Shown here: positions 51,087 to 58,869 of the stretch, one piece after another | Numbering within the stretch: the first letter of the stretch is position 1 | How the letters are laid out: every line of letters starts with the position of its first letter | Assembly (NCBI RefSeq): GCF_030373225.1 | Contig: NZ_JAUCZG010000007.1 | Span: forward strand, 15,807-79,806 | Source: Hydrogenophaga sp. | GTDB lineage: Bacteria; Pseudomonadota; Gammaproteobacteria; Burkholderiales; Burkholderiaceae_C | Length of the DNA: 64,000 nt | Direction: 5' to 3' | Position numbers and translations under genes: made by a program | Notes under the pieces: generated by a model | The model's input: the letters and a program-made list of their open reading frames with translations, nothing else | Databases searched by the model: none | What the model was told of the DNA's origin: nothing

Positions 51087-51190
51087 CGAAAGCTCCAGAA
51101 CGGACGGGAATTGGACAATCTGCGTATGTTCCCGGCTTTGAAACCGCACTTTTCACCAAAACTTGCTGCTTGACCGGATAATTGTTTGCC

Positions 51191-51664
51191 ATGGAACCCA
51201 GCCCCGGCGCTCTCGACCGCATCGACCTCAAGATCCTCAAGCTGTTGCAGGCCGACGGCCGCACCACCAACCTCAAGCTGGCCGATGCGGTGGCGCTCTC
51301 GCCCACCGCCGTGCTTGCGCGCACCCAGCGGCTGCAGCGCGACGGATTCATCCTCGGCTATGAAGCGCGGCTGAACCCGCTCAAGCTCGGTCGCGCCATG
51401 CTGGTGTTCGTCGAGGTTTTGCTCGACCGCACCACGCCCAATGTGTTTAACGAGTTCAAGGCCGCGGTGCAGGTGCGCGACGAGATCATGGAATGCCACA
51501 TGGTGGCCGGTGGCTTCGACTACCTGCTCAAGACCCGCATGGCCGACATGGCGGCCTACCGCGACTTCGCCGGCAGCGTGCTCTGGCAACTGCCGGGCGT
51601 GCGGGAAACGCGCACCTATGCGGTGATGGAAGAGGTGAAAAACAGTTCGCGGCTGCCGCTGTGA
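51191..51664 (+). CDS. Lrp/AsnC family transcriptional regulator (PutR-like, divergent from putA)
   Basis: LDRIDLKILKLLQADGRTTNLKLADAVALSPTAVLARTQRLQRDGFI plus an AsnC ligand-binding domain. The track start at 51182 is a TTG; the first ATG is at 51191. Confidence 0.85.
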   Translation: MEPSPGALDRIDLKILKLLQADGRTTNLKLADAVALSPTAVLARTQRLQRDGFILGYEARLNPLKLGRAMLVFVEVLLDRTTPNVFNEFKAAVQVRDEIMECHMVAGGFDYLLKTRMADMAAYRDFAGSVLWQLPGVRETRTYAVMEEVKNSSRLPL

Positions 51665-51692
51665 TGGTCTTCAATCGCACCGGGGCTCCGTG

Positions 51693-53246
51693 TCAAGCGG
51701 AAGGCGACATGCAGCGTCGGCGCTTCTCTTCGTACTCATCCCTTTTCACCGCGTGGCTTTCGTACCGGCGATTTTCCTCTCGTCGATATGCCTCGTGGGC
51801 GGCATCCCATGCGAGGATTTCGGGCGTGTTCAACACGGGCCCGAGGCCTATCCACTGATAAGGCTCGCGCCAGTGATGCCTTTCATATTGATTCCAAAGA
51901 CCGTCAATGCCGGAATAAAACGAGATGACAGGGCGGAAAGCGAAAGATATGTTGTGTGACGAGAAGTTGAGGGTTGTCAAACTCACCACAGTGCCGACGG
52001 GCGCATCACGGAAAAGACCCAATTCGTCCGGTTGAGATGACCCTGCAAGTAAAACAGCGCCCATGAACATCCTTTCATAAGTGCACTCCTTTTGATGCAA
52101 CGTCCCAGGACTCTCCGGGTAAGGGTGGTCGTCCCATTCACACGTCTGATAGCCACCCATCCCCGGGCCCAGAATGCGCCAGGTTTCCGAGTACTTTTGC
52201 GGGTATTGAACAGGTTCCTTGAACCATCCAGACGTGGTTTTGACAAAGACTTGGGGAACGGTGGTTTCATATACGACCTTGTCAACGCGGTGTGAGGCGA
52301 CACTCGGTCCAAGCCTCTCCATAGGCCTGAACCCTCCCAACCAGGGGTTTGAGATGAGATCCGGGTACGGCGGCATCGGCTTGCGGGGTGCGGCGTCGAG
52401 TTCGTGCAAGGCGGCCACCACATCATCGCGAATCCTCCCGGCCGTCGACAGCGCCGGATTGAGATAGATCTCGAGCAGCCCGTGCCCGATCAGATCGCGC
52501 GAACCGTTGAGCCCGGCGGGGCGGTGCACATAGCCCGGAATCAGGTCTGTGATGGCGGCCACGGTGCCGGTCAGCCTCAGTGCATTGATGACACTGTCCT
52601 TGTCCGCCAGGGTGTGCCGGCCCGACAGGGTGGGGGAAGCCGGCGCCACATGGACCACCCGCACATGCTCGTTGCCGGTGCGGCCCACAGCGTGCGTGCG
52701 GGCCTGGTTCACAAACAGGTTGCCCTGGGAGTGCGCCAGGAACAGCATCTTGCGATTCAAACCGGCCCAGCGGTCGATCTGTTCCTTGTGCCTGGCCGAC
52801 ACGCTGGCCATGCCGGGCTCACCCACACCCGATATCAGCCCCTTGACGGCGGCCGTGGTGTACGCGTCGAAGAAAGACCCGAGCAAGGCCGCCAACGACG
52901 GGATGGCAGAAGTCAGCGCATTCCACCATCCGCCTTCACCCTGCGTGGCCGAAAAAAACAACTCGAACCGGCCAGCCAGCAGACCGTTCTGCTCCTGCAG
53001 CCGCTGCTCGAAGGTCTCCACAAAATCCGTGAAACCCTGGGTGTCGTTGTAGAAGAGTTCGTAGGTGATGGGTTCGCCGGCGGGGGTGGTGGGGCCGTAG
53101 AGGTCCTCCAGCTTGCGCCTGGCTTCGTTCGCTTGCGACACTGTCGTTCGAACACCGTTAAAGAATCCGAATACAGCACCGCTGCCTTCACACTGCTCCT
53201 GCCCCAAGGCGGGGATGGGCAGCAGCAGTGTGACGGACAAGATCAT
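51693..53246 (-). CDS. secreted alpha/beta-hydrolase-like protein (AHSQG nucleophile-elbow motif) with uncharacterised C-terminal domain
   Basis: The start at ATG 53246 was chosen by alignment with the paralog fragment: a signal-peptide-like MILSVTLLLPIPALG. Also LFLAHSQGN (a GxSxG-type motif) and a possible His in DLIGHGLLEIY. The last roughly 220 aa are Trp/Tyr/Pro-rich with no family recognised. G+C is visibly lower than in the flanks. Confidence 0.55.
   Translation of the reverse strand: MILSVTLLLPIPALGQEQCEGSGAVFGFFNGVRTTVSQANEARRKLEDLYGPTTPAGEPITYELFYNDTQGFTDFVETFEQRLQEQNGLLAGRFELFFSATQGEGGWWNALTSAIPSLAALLGSFFDAYTTAAVKGLISGVGEPGMASVSARHKEQIDRWAGLNRKMLFLAHSQGNLFVNQARTHAVGRTGNEHVRVVHVAPASPTLSGRHTLADKDSVINALRLTGTVAAITDLIPGYVHRPAGLNGSRDLIGHGLLEIYLNPALSTAGRIRDDVVAALHELDAAPRKPMPPYPDLISNPWLGGFRPMERLGPSVASHRVDKVVYETTVPQVFVKTTSGWFKEPVQYPQKYSETWRILGPGMGGYQTCEWDDHPYPESPGTLHQKECTYERMFMGAVLLAGSSQPDELGLFRDAPVGTVVSLTTLNFSSHNISFAFRPVISFYSGIDGLWNQYERHHWREPYQWIGLGPVLNTPEILAWDAAHEAYRREENRRYESHAVKRDEYEEKRRRCMSPSA
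52937..53102 (-). repeat. 166-bp exact repeat, copy 1 (inside the full-length hydrolase gene)
   Basis: Identical by eye to 54045-54210 (offset 1108 bp). Confidence 0.85.
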
Positions 53247-53277
53247 GCTCACTGGATTGCAAAGGAGGAGCACCTTT

Positions 53278-53817
53278 TCAATCACAGCCATTCCCCTTGA
53301 ATGAACCAGAAACCGATCCGCTGGCTGCACGGTTAAATTCTAGGTAGCTCGTTAGGCGTCTTCTGCTGTTCGTGGTTATGGCTTCCAACTCTCGAGACAT
53401 TTGAGATCCGCGCGCGAATGCATCGATATCCACGAAGGTGTCAAAAATGCAGTCAACTGCCTTGGAACTGATACGAACCACCTCTTCCACTGCAAGTGAA
53501 TCCCGCTTGTCCACCAACAGCATCTGTTGGTACGCCCGCGCCATCTGCATCGCCGCCGCTCTCTCCGCCGGCACGGTGTACTTCCTCTCGATGTGCTGCT
53601 CGATGTCGTCCCGAACGCCGTTCGCATTCGCATCGGTCCCCGCGATGCTGTCGCCGCGCTCCAGCGTAGGCAGCACGCCGCTGGCTTCGAGCCGGGCAAC
53701 CTGTTCTTGCGGAGTGAGCACCGGCCCCGCGTCTGCGGCCTTGCCTCCGCCACCACAGGCCGTCACGGCAAAAGCGAGCGCCAACCCGCACACACGGATT
53801 CCCTTCACTTCTTTCAT
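53278..53817 (-). CDS. lipoprotein, unknown function (paralog 1)
   Basis: The ATG at 53817 follows GGGAGGAG. Lipobox-like FAVTAC followed by GGGG. Two conserved Cys in the C-terminal half. No family recognised. Confidence 0.6.
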   Translation of the reverse strand: MKEVKGIRVCGLALAFAVTACGGGGKAADAGPVLTPQEQVARLEASGVLPTLERGDSIAGTDANANGVRDDIEQHIERKYTVPAERAAAMQMARAYQQMLLVDKRDSLAVEEVVRISSKAVDCIFDTFVDIDAFARGSQMSRELEAITTNSRRRLTSYLEFNRAASGSVSGSFKGNGCD

Positions 53818-53940
53818 GGTGTCTCCTCCCTGAATCGATGGTTCGCCTGGCTTCAACACGGGTGGCGTTGAACAGCCGGCGCTCGGCAGTATCGAATCAA
53901 AGAACCCCACCATGGACACTGGGGGAGGTACAGAAATCGC
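53506..53940 (-). repeat. about 435-bp near-identical repeat, copy 1 (5' half of the lipoprotein gene plus about 120 bp upstream)
   Basis: Matches 54623-55057 (offset 1117 bp). The 264 bp at 53637-53900 have no mismatch by eye, and mismatches accumulate toward the 3' side of the gene. Confidence 0.85.
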
Positions 53941-54012
53941 ATCTTTTTTGCAAAGACCAGATCGGGATGGGGACCCATGCTCGCCGATCGGTCTGGCTGT
54001 CGACAGGCGCCC

Positions 54013-54366
54013 TCAACTCCGTCGATGGTCGCGTGCAACCTTCACACCCTGCGTGGCCGAAAAAAACAACTCGAACCGGCCAGCCAGCAGACCGTTCTGC
54101 TCCTGCAGCCGCTGCTCGAAGGTCTCCACAAAATCCGTGAAACCCTGGGTGTCGTTGTAGAAGAGTTCGTAGGTGATGGGTTCGCCGGCGGGGGTGGTGG
54201 GGCCGTAGAGAATTTCCAGATGATCGAAGGCCGTTTGCTTGGCTTGTTGCTCTGTGGTTTTCACACCGTTGAAGAATCCAAACACCACTCCTGCGAAGCA
54301 GCTTTCTTCAGCTGCAGCGCAGATCGGAAGCAGCGCCAGGACCAAGGCCAAGGCCAGCCTTCTCAT
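54013..54366 (-). pseudogene. truncated paralog of the AHSQG hydrolase gene (N-terminal about 110 codons only)
   Basis: Encodes MRRLALALVLALLPICAAA...VVFGFFNGV...LYGPTTPAGEPITYELFYNDTQGFTDFVETFEQRLQEQNGLLAGRFELFFSATQG, then 10 unrelated codons and a stop. It lacks the AHSQG region entirely. Confidence 0.7.
54045..54210 (-). repeat. 166-bp exact repeat, copy 2 (inside the truncated hydrolase paralog)
   Basis: Identical by eye to 52937-53102. Identity stops exactly where the truncated ORF leaves homology. Confidence 0.85.
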
Positions 54367-54394
54367 TGCGGCAGCGGGCGCGGTGCGCATGTGT

Positions 54395-54934
54395 TCATTC
54401 ACAGCTGCCTCCCTTTGGCATCGTGGAAACCGTTCCGCTTCGTGCCTTGTTGTATTCAAGGTAAGCAAGGAGGCGCGCTTTGGTGTTGGTGGTCATGGAC
54501 TCAAGCTCTGCACTCATCCGCGACCGATCCAACAAACCGTCGACAGCAACGAAGGCCGATCTGGCGCAAACAATCGCCAGCGAGCCCGCTTCAGAAGCTG
54601 CATCCAATGCCACTGCATCGCTCTTGTCCACCAGCAGCATCCGCTGGTACGCCCGCGCCGTCTGCATCGCCGCCGCCCTCTCCGCAACCACGGTGTACTT
54701 CTTCTCGATGTGCTGCTCGATGTCGTCCCGCACGCCGTTCGCATTCGCATCGATCCCCGCGATGCTGTCGCCGCGCTCCAGCGTAGGCAGCACGCCGCTG
54801 GCTTCGAGCCGGGCAACCTGTTCTTGCGGAGTGAGCACCGGCCCCGCGTCTGCGGCCTTGCCTCCGCCACCACAGGCCGTCACGGCAAAAGCGAGCGCCA
54901 ACCCGCACACACGGATTCCCTTCACTTCTTTCAT
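54395..54934 (-). CDS. lipoprotein, unknown function (paralog 2)
   Basis: The ATG at 54934 has the same RBS as paralog 1. The first 60 residues are identical to paralog 1, with 6 differences in the first 105. The C-terminal 75 residues are strongly diverged but alignable, with both Cys conserved. Confidence 0.6.
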   Translation of the reverse strand: MKEVKGIRVCGLALAFAVTACGGGGKAADAGPVLTPQEQVARLEASGVLPTLERGDSIAGIDANANGVRDDIEQHIEKKYTVVAERAAAMQTARAYQRMLLVDKSDAVALDAASEAGSLAIVCARSAFVAVDGLLDRSRMSAELESMTTNTKARLLAYLEYNKARSGTVSTMPKGGSCE

Positions 54935-55057
54935 GGTGTCTCCTCCCTGAATCGATGGTTCGCCTGGCTTCAACACGGGTGGCGTTGAACAGCCGGCGCT
55001 CGGCAGTATCGAATCAAGGAACCCCACCATGGACACTGGGGGAGGTACAGAAATACG
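54623..55057 (-). repeat. about 435-bp near-identical repeat, copy 2
   Basis: See 53506-53940. Confidence 0.85.
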
Positions 55058-55146
55058 CAGAAGCTGTTTTATGTGATCGAGTGGCGCATGTGTTGACAGG
55101 CGCACAGGCCTTCGCACAATGGCTCAACCCCCCACCTGGAGTCACC

Positions 55147-55689
55147 ATGCCACGCACCCTCACCCTGCTGCTCGGCGCCCTTGTCCTCGCCTCCATGGCC
55201 CATGCGCAGAGCACCAGGCCCGGCCTGTGGGAAATCAACCAGAAGGTGGGTGGCAATGCGGAGATGGATCAGGCCATGGCGCAGATGCAGCAGCAGATGG
55301 CCGGCCTGTCGGCGGCAGAGAAAAAAATGATGCAGGACATGATGGCCAGGCAGGGAGTGACCTTGCCCACGCCGGGTGCCGGTGGCGGCATGGTGATGAA
55401 GGTCTGCATCACGCCCGAGATGGCGGCGAAGCAGGACATGCCGGTTCAGACCGAAGGCGAGTGCACCACCACGATCACCTCGCGCAGCGCCAACACCCTC
55501 AAGATGAACGTCGTCTGCAAGAACCCGCCGTCTTCGGGAGAGGGCACCTACACCTTCAGCGGCGACACCGCCTACACCATGAAGATGCTGATGAAGACCA
55601 CACACCAGGGCAAGCCGGTGAGCACGACGCTGGACGGCCAGGGCAGGTGGCTGTCGGCTTCTTGCGGAACCGTCAAACCGGTGAAGTGA
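55147..55689 (+). CDS. DUF3617 domain-containing protein
   Basis: Signal peptide MPRTLTLLLGALVLASMAHA, then PGLWEI...Met/Gln-rich segment...CITPEMA...C.TT...MN..C, the typical DUF3617 layout. Confidence 0.65.
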   Translation: MPRTLTLLLGALVLASMAHAQSTRPGLWEINQKVGGNAEMDQAMAQMQQQMAGLSAAEKKMMQDMMARQGVTLPTPGAGGGMVMKVCITPEMAAKQDMPVQTEGECTTTITSRSANTLKMNVVCKNPPSSGEGTYTFSGDTAYTMKMLMKTTHQGKPVSTTLDGQGRWLSASCGTVKPVK

Positions 55690-56389
55690 CCTTGGCGGGT
55701 CGGCTGCCGAACACGGCCCGGCCCACCCGCACCATCGTCGAGCCGGCGGCCACGGCGGCTTCCATGTCGTCGCTCATGCCCATGGACAAGGTGTCCAGGC
55801 CCATGCCCTGGGCGTTGAGTTCGTCGAACAAAACCTTGGCGCGCAGAAACAGCGCTCGCTGGCTGTCGAACTCCGGCGCCGGCTCCGGAATGCACATGAG
55901 CCCGCGCAGGCGCAGGCGGGGCAGGCGGGCGACCGCGCGGGCCAACCCGGCCAGTTCGTCAGGCGCCACACCCGACTTGTTCGCACCGCCATCCACATTG
56001 ACCTGCAGGCAAACCTGCAGCGCTGGAAGCTCCGGGGGACGCTGTTCGCTCAATCGCTGCGCAACCTTGAGGCGATCGACCGATTGAACCCAATCAAAAT
56101 GCTCGGCCACCGGCCGCGTTTTGTTGCTTTGCAACGGTCCGATGCAGTGCCATTGCAACGCGGCATCGGGACGACGCTGGCGCAAGAGGGCGATCTTTTC
56201 CGTGCCTTCCTGCACATAGTTCTCGCCAAAAGCATGCTGGCCGGCATCGAGCGCCAGACAGACGGCATCTGCGTCAAACGTCTTTGAAACAGCGAGCAAG
56301 CTCACGCTGCCCACATCGCGCCGCGCAAGGTCGCAGGCCTGCTTCAAGCGCGCTTTTACCTGTTGGAGATTGCCTTCAATCGTCGTCAT
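55673..56389 (-). CDS. yggS: YggS family pyridoxal-phosphate homeostasis protein
   Basis: LLAVSKTF (PLP lysine), FGENYVQE, WHCIGPLQSNK and LSMGMSDD. Confidence 0.9.
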   Translation of the reverse strand: MTTIEGNLQQVKARLKQACDLARRDVGSVSLLAVSKTFDADAVCLALDAGQHAFGENYVQEGTEKIALLRQRRPDAALQWHCIGPLQSNKTRPVAEHFDWVQSVDRLKVAQRLSEQRPPELPALQVCLQVNVDGGANKSGVAPDELAGLARAVARLPRLRLRGLMCIPEPAPEFDSQRALFLRAKVLFDELNAQGMGLDTLSMGMSDDMEAAVAAGSTMVRVGRAVFGSRPAKVTSPV

Positions 56390-56428
56390 AATCTGCCGTC
56401 ATACCTCAACACCGCACGGGACCCCGGG

Positions 56429-57472
56429 ATGGATATCACCCAATTGCTCGCCTTCAGCGTCAAGAACAAAGCATCCGATCTTCACCTCTCGGCCGGTCTT
56501 CCACCCATGATACGGGTGCATGGAGATGTGAGACGCATCAACGTCGAACCGCTGGACCACAAGCAGGTCCACGGCATGGTGTACGACATCATGAACGACA
56601 GCCAGCGCAAACAGTATGAAGAGTTCCTGGAGTGTGATTTCTCGTTTGAAATCGAGGGGCTCGCGCGCTTTCGCGTCAACGCCTTCAACCACAACCGCGG
56701 CGCCGGCGCCGTGTTTCGAACCATCCCGAGCAAGATCCTCACGCTGGAACAGCTCAACGCGCCCAAGATCTTCGGCGACCTCGCCCTTCGACCGCGCGGC
56801 CTGGTGCTGGTGACCGGTCCGACCGGCTCGGGCAAGTCCACCACGCTGGCCGGCATGGTCAACCACCTCAACGAAACCGAGTACGGCCACATCCTCACCG
56901 TGGAGGACCCGGTCGAGTTCGTGCACGAATCCAAGAAGTGCCTTGTGAACCAGCGTGAGGTGGGTCCGCACACGCTGAGTTTTGCCAACGCGCTGCGCTC
57001 GGCCCTGCGCGAAGACCCTGACGCGATCCTCGTGGGCGAAATGCGCGACCTGGAAACCATCCGCCTGGCCATGACCGCGGCCGAAACCGGCCACCTGGTG
57101 TTCGGCACGCTGCACACCTCGAGCGCGGCCAAGACCATCGACCGCATCATCGACGTGTTTCCGGCCGAAGAGAAAGACATGGTCCGCGCCATGCTGTCCG
57201 AATCGCTGGTGGCCGTCATCTCCCAGACCCTGTGCAAGACCAAGGACGGCTCGGGCCGGGTGGCGGCGCACGAGATCATGCTGGGCACCAGTGCGATCCG
57301 CAACCTGATCCGCGAGGCCAAGGTCGCGCAGATGTACTCGGCGATCCAGACCGGCAGCAACGTGGGCATGCAGACGCTGGACCAGAACCTCTCGGAGCTC
57401 GTCAAGCGCAACGTGATCAGCCCGGCCGAAGCACGCGGCAAGGCGAAGATCCCGGAAAACTTCCCCGGCTGA
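56429..57472 (+). CDS. pilT: type IV pilus twitching motility ATPase PilT
   Basis: MDITQLLAFSVKNKASDLHLSAGLPPMIRVHGD, Walker A GPTGSGKST, and AIRNLIREAK...MQTLDQ. Confidence 0.93.
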   Translation: MDITQLLAFSVKNKASDLHLSAGLPPMIRVHGDVRRINVEPLDHKQVHGMVYDIMNDSQRKQYEEFLECDFSFEIEGLARFRVNAFNHNRGAGAVFRTIPSKILTLEQLNAPKIFGDLALRPRGLVLVTGPTGSGKSTTLAGMVNHLNETEYGHILTVEDPVEFVHESKKCLVNQREVGPHTLSFANALRSALREDPDAILVGEMRDLETIRLAMTAAETGHLVFGTLHTSSAAKTIDRIIDVFPAEEKDMVRAMLSESLVAVISQTLCKTKDGSGRVAAHEIMLGTSAIRNLIREAKVAQMYSAIQTGSNVGMQTLDQNLSELVKRNVISPAEARGKAKIPENFPG

Positions 57473-57478
57473 GCATGA

Positions 57479-57600
57479 GGGCCCCCACGCTCCACCGCTG
57501 CGCGGGTCGCTGCCCCCCGAGGGGGCTGATTCGCCTTGGGACGGCCCGGCGGCGAATCGCCTCTGCCCCAACGCTCCACCGCTGCGCGGGTCGCTGCTGC
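57479..57600 (-). repeat. REP-like intergenic repeat, family B, copy 3 (inverted orientation, composite)
   Basis: Reverse complement of the family B core, plus a second copy of the ccc(c/a)acgctccaccgctgcgcgggtcgctgc module 74 bp downstream. Confidence 0.8.
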
Positions 57601-57618
57601 TGATCTAAAGGACTTTTC

Positions 57619-58755
57619 ATGGAACGCGACCAGGCATCCAAATTCGTCAACGACCTGCTGCGCCTGATGCTCAGCCGCGGTGGCAGCGACCTTTTCCTCA
57701 CCGCCGAGTTTCCGCCCGCCATCAAGGTCGACGGCTCGGTGGTCAAGGTGTCGCCGCAACCGCTCAACGCCTCGCACACCCTGGCGCTGGCGCGCGCCAT
57801 CATGAACGACAAGCAGGCCGCCGAGTTCGAGCGCACCAAGGAGTGCAACTTCGCCATTTCGCCACCGGCCATTGGCCGCTTCCGCGTGAGCGCATTCATC
57901 CAGCAAGGCAAGGTCGGCATGGTGATGCGGACCATTCCCGCCGTGCTGCCCACCATCGACAAACTGGGCCTGCCCCAGGTGCTCAAGGATGTGGTCCTGT
58001 CCAAGCGTGGCCTGTGCATCCTGGTGGGTGCCACCGGCTCCGGCAAGTCCACTTCGCTGGCGGCCATGGTCGACTGGCGCAACGAAAACACGCACGGCCA
58101 CATCATCACCATCGAGGACCCGGTGGAGTTCGTGCACCCGCACAAGAACTGCGTGGTGACGCAACGCGAAGTGGGGCTGGACACCGAGAGCTGGGAAGCC
58201 GCGCTGAAGAACACGCTGAGGCAGGCCCCCGATGTCATCCTGATGGGCGAGATCCGGGACCGCGAAACCATGGAGCATGCGATCCAGTTCAGCGAGACAG
58301 GTCACCTGTGCCTGGCCACCCTGCACGCCAACAGCGCCAACCAGGCGCTGGACCGCATCATCAACTTCTTCCCTGAAGAGCGCAGAGCCCAGTTGCTGAT
58401 GGACCTCTCGCTGAACCTGCGCGCCCTGGTGTCGCAACGACTGATTCCACGCCAGGACAACAAGGGTCGCCACGCAGCGGTGGAGATCATGCTGAACTCG
58501 CCACTGATCTCCGATCTGATCTTCAAGGGCGATGTCGCCGAGATCAAGGAGATCATGAAGAAGAGCAACCAGATGGGCATGCAGACGTTTGACCAGGCGC
58601 TCTTCAATGCCTTCGAGGCCAACCTCATCACCTTCGAGGATGCCCTGCGCAACGCAGATTCGCTCAACGATCTGCGCCTTCAGATCAAGCTCAACAGCCA
58701 GCGCGCCAAAACCCTGGATCTGGCTGCGGGCACCGAGCACCTTACCATTGTGTAA
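57619..58755 (+). CDS. pilU: PilT/PilU family type IVa pilus ATPase (PilU)
   Basis: DLFLTAEFPPAIKVDG, Walker A GATGSGKST, and its position directly downstream of pilT. Confidence 0.88.
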   Translation: MERDQASKFVNDLLRLMLSRGGSDLFLTAEFPPAIKVDGSVVKVSPQPLNASHTLALARAIMNDKQAAEFERTKECNFAISPPAIGRFRVSAFIQQGKVGMVMRTIPAVLPTIDKLGLPQVLKDVVLSKRGLCILVGATGSGKSTSLAAMVDWRNENTHGHIITIEDPVEFVHPHKNCVVTQREVGLDTESWEAALKNTLRQAPDVILMGEIRDRETMEHAIQFSETGHLCLATLHANSANQALDRIINFFPEERRAQLLMDLSLNLRALVSQRLIPRQDNKGRHAAVEIMLNSPLISDLIFKGDVAEIKEIMKKSNQMGMQTFDQALFNAFEANLITFEDALRNADSLNDLRLQIKLNSQRAKTLDLAAGTEHLTIV

Positions 58756-58756
58756 T

Positions 58757-58836
58757 CCCCGCGCCGCGCCTGCGGCGCGTCACCCCCGAGGGGGCAATGC
58801 CTGCGGCCTGGCGGAGCCGGTTCTGCGGCATTCCTG
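58757..58836 (+). repeat. REP-like intergenic repeat, family A, copy 2
   Basis: tccccgcgccgcgcctgcggcgcgtcacccccgagggggcaatgcctgcggcctggcggagccggttctgcggcattcctg starts 1 nt after the pilU stop. Confidence 0.8.
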
Positions 58837-58869
58837 AATTGAATCCCTTCCAACCTCCGAGAGCTTTTC

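Noticed and set aside
47757-51173. A 1138-aa plus-strand ORF lies antisense to putA and the GS-like gene. Similar long antisense ORFs occur at 19821..21863, 28764..31073, 32038..33834, 41083..42951 and 44096..46060.
   Set aside because: Same reasoning: each lies opposite a gene with clear family motifs and translates to Arg/Gly/Ala/His-rich low-complexity sequence.
53941-54044. Imperfect long hairpin (gaccagatcgg...ccgatcggtc with an inner atggg-ga-cccat stem) in the unique junction between the two repeat units, considered as a possible terminator.
   Set aside because: The T-run lies on the wrong side for the minus-strand genes, and the stem has a bulge. That is not enough support to call a terminator.
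51665-55146. Looked for integrase or transposase genes, a tRNA, or direct repeats marking the ends of the lower-G+C insert.
   Set aside because: None were found by eye, so the region is reported as a compositional insert and not called a mobile element.
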